From assembly GCA_951406725.2 (NCBI GenBank), contig OX597837.1:29822001-29886000 (forward strand): a stretch of 64,000 nucleotides of DNA, read 5' to 3'. A program made the position numbers and the translations under genes. A model generated the notes under the pieces. That model ran no database searches. It saw nothing but the letters and a program-made list of their open reading frames with translations, and was not told the DNA's origin. Shown here piece after piece: positions 53,838 to 64,000 of the stretch. The stretch comes from Octopus vulgaris (taxonomy: Eukaryota). Numbering within the stretch: the first letter of the stretch is position 1; each line of letters begins with the position of its first letter.

Positions 53838-54399
53838 CTGAAATGGAAATTAATAATAACAACAACAATAAATACATTTTTATTTTTTTCACACAGCAAT
53901 ATAGGCGCAGGAGTGGCTGTGTGGTAAATAGCTCGCTTACCAACCACATGGTTCCGGGTTCAGTCCCACTGTGTGACACCTTGGGCAAGTGTCTTCTACT
54001 ATAGCCTCGGGCCGACCAAAGCCTTGTGAGTGGATTTGGTAGATGGAAACTGAAAGAAGCCCGTCGTATATATGTATATATATATATGTGTGCGTGTATG
54101 TTTGTGTGTCTGTGTTTGTCCCCCCAACATCGCTTGACAACCAATGCTTGTGTGTTTACGTCCCCGTAACTTAGCGGTTCAGCAAAAGAGACCGATAGAA
54201 TAAGTACTAGGCTTACAAAAAATAAGTCCTGGGGGTCAATTTCCTTGATTAAAGGCGGTGCTCCAGCATGGCCACATGTTGGAGGCTTGCATGCTTGTTT
54301 GCTCGCAAAGTACCCTTAAATCTGTAATTTCAGTTATTTAATGGGCATAATGCAAATCATGAGAAAAAATGTGCAATAAATCTGTATAAATTAACTCAC

Positions 54400-54447
54400 C
54401 CAACTCTTTGTAACCCTTTGTTTTTAGGTGAAACAAGGCATGGTGAA
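54400..54447 (-). CDS. TNF-like ligand gene 3, exon 3 (48 nt, FHHALFHLKTKGYKEL)
   Basis: aattttcag acceptor and gtgagt donor on the minus strand. Homologous to 352-399. Confidence 0.8.
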
Positions 54448-55976
54448 CTGAAAATTAAGAAGAGAGAAAGCAGACAGTGAGAAGGATATATTTTAATATA
54501 GGTTCAATATCAACAGAAGACTATTCAAAGAAAAGAGTACCTCCTGATGTATTTCATACTAGCATTATCGCCCGGCGTTGCTTGGGTTTGTAAGGGAAGT
54601 AACTATATAAGCATTTTAGAGTTTTTCTTCCCTTATATAAAACCGAGTGAAAAATGGACTAAAAACGGGGAAAAATGATGGTAAATTTTTTTTTAAATCG
54701 TAGACTCATTGTAGACGCGCACTAATACCTAGAAGAGCTCGATATGAATCACAACTATAAGATACCCGCTTTTGGTTAAACTGCACTGCAAAATGTGGGA
54801 GTAGTTAGGAATCTAAATCGGAGTAGACAGACACACACACAACTACAGTTTTATATATAAAGATATTGAATACTTCAGATTAGCATCTAATAAACAATTA
54901 TACAACATATTAACTGTTTTACAATCATCATTAACCATAATGAAAATGAACTATATGGAGAACAAGTATTAACCATTAATGAAAGAGTGCCAAGACTAAG
55001 CATCCATTAAGGCGGCGAGGTGGCAGAAACGTTAGCACGCTGGGCGAAATGATTTGTGGTATTTCGTCTGTCGTTATGTTCTGAGTTCAAATTCTGCCGA
55101 GGTCGACTTTGCCTTTCATCCTTTCGGGGTCCATAAATAAAGTACCAGTTTCGCACTGGGGTCGATGTAATCGTCTTAATACCTTTGTCTGTCCTTGTTT
55201 GTTCCCTCTATGTTTAGCCCCTTGTGGGCAGTAAGGAAATAAGAAACATTAGCACACCGGGCGAAATGCTTTGTGGTATTTTGTCTGTCGTTACATTCTG
55301 AGTTCAAATTCCACCGACGTCAACTTTGCCTTTCATCCATTCGGGGTCGATAAATAAAGTACCAATGTCGCACTGGGGTCGATGTAATCGACTTAATACC
55401 TTTGTCTGTCCTTGTTTGTTCCCTCTATGTTTAGCCCCTTGTGGGCAGTAAAGAAATAAGAAATATTAGCACGCCGGGCGAAATGCTTTGTGGTATTTCG
55501 TCTGTCGTTACGTTCTGAGTTCAAATTCCACTGAGGTCGACTTTGCCTTTCATCCTTTTGGGGTCGATAAATTAAGTACCAGTTTTGCATTGGGGTCGAT
55601 GTAATTGGCTTAATCTGTTTATCTGTCCTTCTTTGTCCCCTGTATGTTTAGCCCCTTGTGGGTAGTATAGAAATATATATAAGCATCCATATATTTCACA
55701 CATCGCACAGTAGTTTCGTGAGCCTTAACATGGTCATCTAAAGCCATTGTCCAGTCAAATATTGTAGGCATCTCTTTCATATATTTAATGATGTGTGTAT
55801 TTTTGCCATTTATTTCTTTAGTATGTCTGTTTTTTTTCATGTTGAAGGTATTGCTATCTATTTTAAGACTGTAGTGTATTAAGATGTTCAGTGATTTCAT
55901 TGCCGTTACAATATGTTACAGTGTCATGATATTATGAACATGCAAAAAGCAAAATAATGGCAAAACATGTACTTAC

Positions 55977-56016
55977 ATTTAGAAGCTGGTGTCTGAACTT
56001 GTACTTTACTTTGTAT
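55977..56016 (-). CDS. TNF-like ligand gene 3, exon 2 (40-nt stalk exon IQSKVQVQTPASK)
   Basis: Polypyrimidine tract, atttag acceptor and gtaagt donor, phase 0 to 1. The downstream intron is homologous to gene 2 intron 2 (about 36000-36140). Confidence 0.72.
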
Positions 56017-56159
56017 CTAAATTAGAGAGAAAAAGAAAATTAAGATAAGATGGTGTTAGCTGTTGTTTGTATTAATTACATCACATTGCTGTCCTTTTTA
56101 ATGATTGTATCAAGACTGACACTGTCTTGTTATAATCTTGGATCAGACTTGATATTTGT

Positions 56160-56345
56160 ACCAATACATTTAATGTTGTAGCTGATGTTGTCATCCTTTA
56201 GCTTCCAGATTAATGTGGAGAAGGTTGTTGCATGTCTCTTCTTGTGGTGTCTGAAGGCTGAAAGATGTTTGTTGTATCTGGATTAAAATTTTTTATCTAC
56301 TGATTCAATAGAATACTTGGTCTTAGTAGTAACATCACAAGAAAG
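56160..56345 (-). mobile_element. Penelope-like GIY-YIG endonuclease relic
   Basis: F*SRYNKHLSAFRHHKKRHATTFSTLIWKLKDDNISYNIK resembles the FKxRYxNH..F...T.LS..IW.LK pattern of Penelope-like elements. Confidence 0.55.
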
Positions 56346-56606
56346 ATCCTAAGACAAAAACTATATAAGATGTTTGTTATGTTCCCTTGAAAAACGGTAT
56401 CTTTTAAAAATTTAAGAACCTCCAATGACTGTAAAAATTACAGAGAAGGAATTTTTTCTTTGTGTCTACCTTTTATAAAATACATCTTAGTGGGGATTAA
56501 ATATAGACCACCTGACACATTATAAACTATTCTAGTATGGTTTGTGTAATTTTGATATCTATAAGACACTGGTTATATTTGCTGTGGAGGTGATTATCTT
56601 CCCTGT

Positions 56607-56649
<43 letters not shown>

Positions 56650-58154
56650 CAGTATAGCCCAGCATTGCTCAGGATTAAGTTAGGATTATTAAGTGATCAA
56701 GCGCTTTATTTCAAACCAAAATAAGTGACATCGACGTCAAATTGTGACATATGACAGTATGTGTGTGTGCTTGCTGACTAGTTTTCTTTTAGTAATATAC
56801 TAAATGACTGAAACAAATATATAAATGAAAATAAATAAAAGACTATCAGTACTTAATGGGAAAAAAACTGTGGTGGACTTGTACACATTACATATAACTA
56901 CAGAATAGAAGTTGAAATTTCAAAAGCAGGTAAAAGAGAAATTGTGTTATATGACTGTATGTGTGTGTGTGCTTATTGACTAGTTTTCTTTTAGTAATTT
57001 ATTAAATGACTGAAACAAATATATAAATGAAAATAAATAAAAGACTATCAGTACTTAATGGGAATAAACTTTTGGTGGACTAGTACACATTACATATATC
57101 TACAGAATAGAAGTTGAAATTTCAAAAGCAGGTAAAAGAGAAATTGTGTTATATGACTGTATGTGTGTGTGTGCTTGTTGACTAGTTTTCTTTTAGTAAT
57201 TTATTAAATGACTGAAACAAATATATAAATGAAAATAAATAAAAGACTATCAGTACTTAATGGGAATAAACTTTTAGTGGACTTGTACACATTACATATA
57301 TCTACAGAATAGAAGTTGAAAATTCAAAAGCAGGTAAAAGAGAAATTGTGTTATATGACTGTATGTGTGTGTGTGCTTGTTGACTAGTTTTCTTTTAGTA
57401 ATATACTAAATGACTGAAACAAATATATAAATGAAAATAAATAAAAGACTATCAGTACTTAATGGGAAAAAACAGTCCCACTGCATGGCATCTTGGGAAA
57501 GTGTCTTCTGCTATAGCCCCAGGCTGACCAATGCCTTGTGAGTAGATTTGGTAGATGGAAACTGAGAGAAGCCTGTCGTATATATGTATATATATATATA
57601 TATGTGTGTATGTGTCTGTCCCCCTAGCATTGCTTGTCAACCAATGCTGGTGTGTTTACGTCTCCTGTCACTTAGCGGTTCGGCAAAAGAGACCGATAGA
57701 ATAAGTCCTGGGCTTACAAAGAATAAGTCCCGGTGTCGATTTGCTCGACTAAAAAAGGCGGTGCTCCAGCATGGCCGCAGTCAAATGACTGAAACAAGTA
57801 AAAAAAGAGTAAAAAAAGAGTAAAAAAAAGAGAGTAAAACAAATCCATTTATCTGCAAGTTATGAGGAAACAAAGTCGTTGGTGGAGTTATCATGTGTAA
57901 GAATGCATAATACTTTTTCTATTATTGGCACAAGGCCTGAAATTTTGTGGTGAGGGAAATATTCGATTAAATCAACCCAGCGCTTCACTGGTACTGGTTT
58001 TATCAACCCCGGAAAGATGGAATGTAAAGGCAACCTCAGAAGCATTTGGACTCAGAAAATAAGGATGGACAAAATGTTGTTAGACATTTTGTCCGGCGTG
58101 TTGACCGTTCTGCCTACTCGGCACCTTTGTCGAAAGTAATTAAAAAGAATTTAC

Positions 58155-58247
58155 CTGAGTTACTGCTACAACAATAGCAATGATCACTGCACATAATACT
58201 GCTAGTACACATAATACTATTAGTACTTCCTTTTTTGTTAATGCCAT
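58155..58247 (-). CDS. TNF-like ligand gene 3, exon 1 (MALTKKEVLIVLCVLAVLCAVIIAIVVAVTQ, signal-anchor)
   Basis: ATG with an upstream in-frame TAG, a 23-aa hydrophobic helix and a CAG|gtaaat donor in phase 0. The IIAIV..Q|gtaaa ending matches gene 2 exon 1. Confidence 0.75.
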
Positions 58248-59130
58248 TTTAGTATAGTTCTAATGTTTTCTAATGTTTAGTATAGTTCTAATGTTTTCTA
58301 ATGTTTAGTATAGTTCTAATGTTTTCTAATGTTTAGTATAGTTCAAATGTTTTCTAATGTTTTCCTTTAGTTTCAATATCAATGACTTTTTCTCTCCCCC
58401 TCTCTATCTATCTTCTCTCTCCCCTCTTGTCTTTCGCTTTCTATCTCCTCCCGTCACTCCTCCCTTTCTCTCTCCCCCTCTCTATCTTCTCTCTCCCCCT
58501 CTCTATCTTCTCTCCCCTCTTGTCTTTCGCTTTCTATCTCCTCCTGTCACTCCTATCTTTCTTTCTCCCCTTCTCTATCTCTCTCCCCCTCTCTATCTTC
58601 TCTCTCCCCCTCTCTGTCTTTCGCTTTCTATCTCCCTCCCTTTCTCTCTCCCCTTCTCTATCTCCTCTCTCCGCCTCTCTATCTTCTCTCTCCCCTCTTG
58701 TCTTTCGCTTTCTATCTCCTCCCATTCTCTCTCCCCTTCTCTATCTCCTCTCTCCCCTTCTCTATCTTCTCTTTCCCCTCTCTATCTTCTCTTTCCCTTC
58801 TTGTCTTTCGCTTTCTATCTCCTCCTGTCACTCCTCTCTTTCTTTCTCCCCCTCTCTATCTCCTCTCGCTCTTTGTCCTTCTCTCTCTTTCTTTCTATTC
58901 TTTTCTATCTCTCCTCCAATCACATTTACTTAATTTACTTATATCCAGTTTTTTTTATAATTTTTTTTTTTTTGCAATTGGCAATAGAAACAGTATCAAT
59001 ACCCTTTCTACTACAGGCACAAGACCTGGAATTTGGTGGGGAGAAGTTTCACTGGTACTCATTTTATTGACCCCGAAAGGACGAAAGGCAAAGTCAAGCT
59101 CAGTGGAACTCAGAATGTAGCTGCTGCCCT

Positions 59131-59149
59131 AACAACAGCAACAGCAACA

Positions 59150-59230
<81 letters not shown>

Positions 59231-59256
59231 CACAACAACAACAGCAACAACAACAA

Positions 59257-59304
<48 letters not shown>

Positions 59305-59317
59305 CAACAACAACAGC

Positions 59318-59406
<89 letters not shown>

Positions 59407-59407
59407 C
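59131..59407. repeat. (CAA)n/(CAG)n trinucleotide tract at the duplication junction
   Basis: Directly visible in the sequence. Confidence 0.95.
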
Positions 59408-60897
59408 TGGTGGTGGTGGTGGACTTGTACACATTACATATAACTACAGAATAGAAGTTGAAATTTCAAAAGCAGGTAAAAGAGAAATTGTGTTATATGA
59501 CTGTATGTGTGTGTGCTTATTGACTAGTTTTCTTTTAGTAATTTATTAAATGACTGAAACAAATATATAAATGAAAATAAATAAAAGACTATCAGTACTT
59601 AATGGGAATAAACTTTTGGTGGACTTGTACACATTACATATAACTACAGAATAGAAGTTGAAATTTCAAAAGCAGGTAAAAGAGAAATTGTGTTATATGA
59701 CTGTATGTGTGTGTGCTTATTGACTAGTTTTCTTTTAGTAATTTATTAAATGACTGAAACAAATATATAAATGAAAATAAATAAAAGACTATCAGTACTT
59801 AATGGGAATAAACTTTTGGTGGACTTGTACACATTACATATAACTACAGAATAGAAGTTGAAATTTCAAAAGCAGGTAAAAGAGAAATTGTGTTATATGA
59901 CTGTATGTGTGTGTGTGCTTGTTGACTAGTTTTCTTTTAGTAATTTATTAAATGACTGAAACAAATATATAAATGAAAATAAATAAAAGACTATCAGTAC
60001 TTAATGGGAATAAACTTTTGGTGGACTAGTACACATTACATATATCTACAGATTAGAAGTTGAAAATTGAAAAGCAGGTAAAAGAGAAATTGTGTTATAT
60101 GACTGTATGTGTGTGTGTGCTTGTTGACTAGTTTTCTTTTAGTAATATACTAAATGACTGAAACAAATATATAAATGAAAATAAATAAAAGACTATCAGT
60201 ACTTAATGGGAAAAAACAGTCCCACTGCATGGCATCTTGGGAAAGTGTCTTCTGCTATAGCCCCAGGATGACCAATGCCTTGTGAGTAGATTTGGTAGAT
60301 GGAAACTGAGAGAAGCCTGTCGTATATATGTATATATATATATATATGTGTGTATGTGTCTGTCCCCCTAGCATTGCTTGTCAACCAATGCTGGTGTGTT
60401 TACGTCTCCTGTCACTTAGCGGTTCGGCAAAAGAGACCGATAGAATAAGTCCAGGGCTTACAAAGAATAAGTCCCGGTGTCGATTTGCTCGACTAAAAAA
60501 GGCGGTGCTCCAGCATGGCCGCAGTCAAATGACTGAAACAAGTAAAAAAAGAGTAAAAAAAGAGTAAAAAAAGAGAGTAAAACAAATCCATTTATCTGCC
60601 AGTTATTTGGAAACAAAGTCGTTGGTGGAGTTATCATATGTAAGAATGCATAATCCTTTTTCTATTATTGGCACAAGGCCTGAAATTTTGTGGTGAGGGA
60701 AATATTCGATTAAATCAACCCAGCGCTTCACTGGTACTGGTTTTATCAACCCCGGAAAGATGGAATGTAAAGGCAACCTCAGAAGCATTTGGACTCAGAA
60801 AATAAGAATGGACAAAATGTTGTTAGACATTTTGTCCGGCGTGCTGACCGTTCTGCCTACTTGGCACCTTTGTCGAAAGTAATTAAAAAGAATTTAC

Positions 60898-60990
60898 CTG
60901 AGTTACTGCTACAACAATAGCAATGATCACTGCACATAATACTGCTAGTACACATAATACTATTAGTACTTCCTTTTTTGTTAACGCTAT
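60898..60990 (-). pseudogene. Duplicated copy of gene 3 exon 1 with start codon ATG>ATA
   Basis: Near-identical to 58155-58247 at offset 2743. The donor is intact, but the first codon reads ATA and the upstream in-frame TAG is retained. Confidence 0.7.
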
Positions 60991-61800
60991 TTTAGTATAG
61001 TTCTAATGTTTTCTAATGTTTAGTATAGTTCTAATGTTTTCTAATGTTTTCCTTTATTTTCAATATTAATGACTTTTTCTCTCCCCCTCTCTATCTATCT
61101 TCTCTCTCCCCTCTTGTCTTTCGCTTTCTATCTCCTCCCTTTCTCTCTCCCCCTCTCTATCTTCTCTCTCCCCTCTTGTCTTTCGCTTTCTATCTCCTCC
61201 TGTCACTCCTATCTTTCTTTCTCCCCTTCTCTATCTCTCTCCCCCTCTCTATCTTCTCTCTCCCCCTCTCTGTCTTTCGCTTTCTATCTCCTCCCTTTCT
61301 CTCTCCCCTTCTCTATCTCCTCTCTCCGCCTCTCTATCTTCTCTCTCCCCTCTTGTCTTTCGCTTTCTATCTCCTCCCATTCTCTCTCCCCTTCTCTATC
61401 TTCTCTCTCCCTTCTTGTCTTTCGCTTTCTATCTCCTCCTGTCACTCCTCTCTTTCTTTCTCCCCCTCTCTATCTCCTCTCGCTCTTTGTCCTTCTCTCT
61501 CTTTCTTTCTATTCTTTTCTATCTCTCCTCCAATCACATTTACTTAATTTACTTATATCCAGTTTTTTTTATAATTTTTTTTTTTTGCAATTGGCAATAG
61601 AAACAGTATCAATACCCTTTCTACTACAGGCACAAGACCTGGAATTTGGTGGGGAGAAGTTTCACTGGTACTCATTTTATTGACCCCGAAAGGCAAAGTC
61701 AAGCTCAGTGGAACTCAGAATGTAGCAGACAAAATACCCCAAAGCATCTTGCCTGCCGGGCTAACGATTCTGCCAGCTTGCTGCCCTGCCCTGCCCTCCC

Positions 61801-61834
<34 letters not shown>

Positions 61835-62989
61835 TTCAGACAAATACATAACATCATAGCCACGTGTTGAGAAGGATTCTTTGGGGTTTGAATAGTTCAC
61901 CTCTGGAAACATGGGTATTTCGTTCAACGTCCTTAAACAACCCTTATTCAGGGACCTTTTGAGCGGGATGGGTTACTCGATCTGAAGAAAATTCTAACTG
62001 GGCTCCACCTGCAAGGTCATGTGCTGTTTATCTTGATATGAGATCACCATGTCGCGCACATATGGTTGTGATGCATGTGCCTGGTGTACCCTTATCAGAC
62101 GGGTAGTCATGATGGGTATACTGGGCTTCGTATATTTTACCCCAGTGTCACTTTGATGGCATGCTCTGCTCACTCAATAATAATAATAATAATAATAATA
62201 CCCTGATGCAGTACCAGGCAGTGTTTCTCATGGTTTCTGATCTTAACTGATTGGAAGTGTTATCATGTACATTGTTTTGTCTTGGTATAAAGAATGGGCT
62301 ACAGCAAATATTCTGCTCAATACCAGATTTGCTTATCAGTTGTTTGACTTTAACCACTTGACCAAGTTTTCTAGTTGCTGACGATATGTGCGTCTCTGAT
62401 CACGAGCAGAAGTAGTGGGGGAGCATCATAGCCATGTGTTGAGAGGGATTCTTTGGGGTTTGAATAATTCACCTCAGGAAACATGGGTGTTTCGTTCAAC
62501 ATCCTTAAACAACCCTTACTCAGGGACCTTTTGAGCAGGATGGGTTACTCGACCAGCAGAAAATTCTAACTGGGCCCCACTTGCAAGGTCATGTGTTGTT
62601 TATCTTGATATGAGATCATCATGTCGTGCACATATGGTTGTGATGCATGTGCCTGGTGTACCCTTATCAGACGGGTAGTCATGATGGGTATATTGGGCTT
62701 CGTATATTTTACCCCGGTGTCACTTTGATGGCAGGCATTGCTCTCTCACTCAATAATGATAATAATGATGATGATGATGATGATAATAATAATGCTTTCT
62801 ACCAAAGGCACAAGGTCTGAAATTTGTGGGGAGGGAACCAGTTGATGACATTGACCCTGGTCATTCACTTGTATTTCATTTATCAACCCCAGAAGAATGT
62901 AAGGCAAAGTAGACTTGAGCGGAATTTGAACTCAGAATGTAAAGATGGATGAAATATTGCTAAGCATTTCGCCTGGCCTGCTAACGTTT

Positions 62990-63770
62990 CTTATTTCTTT
63001 ATTGCCCACAAGGGGCTAAAAATAGAGGGGACAAACAAGGACAGACAAACGGATTAAGTCGATTACATCGCCCCCAGTGCGTAACAGGTACTTATTTTAT
63101 CGACCCCGAAAGGATGAAAGGCAAAGTCAACCTCGGCGGAATTTGAACTCAGAATGTAACAACAGACGAAATACCTATTTCTTTATTGCCCACAAGGGGC
63201 TAAACATAGAGGGGACAAACAAGGACAGACAAAGGGATTAAGTTGATTACATTGATCCCAGTGCGTAACAGGTACTTAATTTATCGACTCCGAAAGGATG
63301 AAAGGCAAAGTCGACCTCGGCGGAATTTGAACTCAGAATGTAACAACAGACGAAATACCTATTTCTTTATTGCCCACAGGGGCTAAACATAGAGGGGACA
63401 AACAAGGACAGACAAAGGGATTAAGTTGATTGCATTGATCCCAGTGCGTAACAGGTACTTAATTTATCGACTCCGAAAGGATGAAAGGCAAAGTCGACCT
63501 CGGCGGAATTTGAACTCAGAACGTAACGGCAGACGAAATACCTATTTCTTTATTGCCCACAAGGGGCTAAACATAGAGGGGACAAACAAGGACAGACAAA
63601 GGGATTAAGTTGATTACATTGATCCCAGTACGTAACTGGTACTTAATTTATCGACCCCGAAAGGATGAAAGACTAAGTCGACCTCGACGGAATTTGATCT
63701 CAGAACGTAACGGCATACGAAATACTGCCAAGCATTTCACACGGCATGCTAATGATTCTGCCAGCTCAAC
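62990..63770 (-). repeat. Four head-to-tail family B SINE units
   Basis: tatttctttattgcccaca.. recurs with a period of about 183 bp. Confidence 0.85.
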
Positions 63771-63912
63771 ATCCTAACAACAACAACAATAATGATATGA
63801 CTGAGGAACACAGAAATCTCAGGAAAAGACTCATGGACGTAAGAATTGCATGAACAGAGACCAAGTCGGTGAATTTAAGTAACAATGTGAAACACGTGTA
63901 TAAGTATGTATG

Positions 63913-63969
<57 letters not shown>

Positions 63970-64000
63970 TTACAGTATATATATGCATACTCTCTTTTAC

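Larger units (their letters stand above)
56750..61730. repeat. About 2.74-kb tandem segmental duplication (56750-59130 / 59420-61730), each copy with ~200-bp minisatellite units, a SINE, gene 3 exon 1 and a CT-rich tract
   Basis: Offset 2743-2744 (e.g. the near-identical ORFs at 57452 and 60196). The ~200-bp unit starts at 56875, 57076, 57278 and at 59421, 59621, 59821, 60023. Confidence 0.9.

Noticed and set aside
53838-54144. N-terminal part of the 230-aa ORF 53452-54144
   Set aside because: It reads through intron and SINE family A sequence. The real exon starts at the acceptor at 53837.
58357-59120. Leu/Ser/Pro-rich ORFs (also 61044-61683)
   Set aside because: Low-complexity CT-rich tract. 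On the gene 3 sense strand it is separated from the ATG by an in-frame stop.
59033-59443. Poly-T/N/S, poly-C and poly-L ORFs
   Set aside because: Pure (CAA/CAG)n microsatellite.

Overview
This is eukaryotic, AT-rich DNA dense in microsatellites and retroposons. The SINE families and overall repeat landscape look like an octopus (coleoid cephalopod) genome, which is my inference and was not checked by a search. The host content is a tandem cluster of divergent TNF-superfamily-like type II membrane ligand genes sharing one 4-exon plan: a TM exon (phase 0), a 31-40 nt stalk exon, a 48 nt 'HHxxFxLKTxGY' exon and a terminal THD-like exon. Gene 1 (+) is partial (352-399, 5254-5627). Gene 2 (+) is 326 aa (28018-42116). 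Gene 3 (-) is 188 aa (53452-58247). There is also an orphan stalk exon of a fourth paralogue (22019-22049, -) and a duplicated exon 1 that has lost its start codon (60898-60990, -). The most unusual structure is a ~3.6 kb array of about 70 copies of a 52-bp unit built from gene 2's own terminal 3' splice site and exon start; every upstream copy leads to a stop codon, and only the last acceptor yields the THD. The rest is LINE fragments (CR1-like, RTE, R4/Dong), SINEs, mariner/Tc1, piggyBac-like, hAT and Helentron-like MITEs, a Gypsy gag relic, Penelope-like relics and TE-derived minisatellites. Almost all other ORFs in the track are repeat artefacts.
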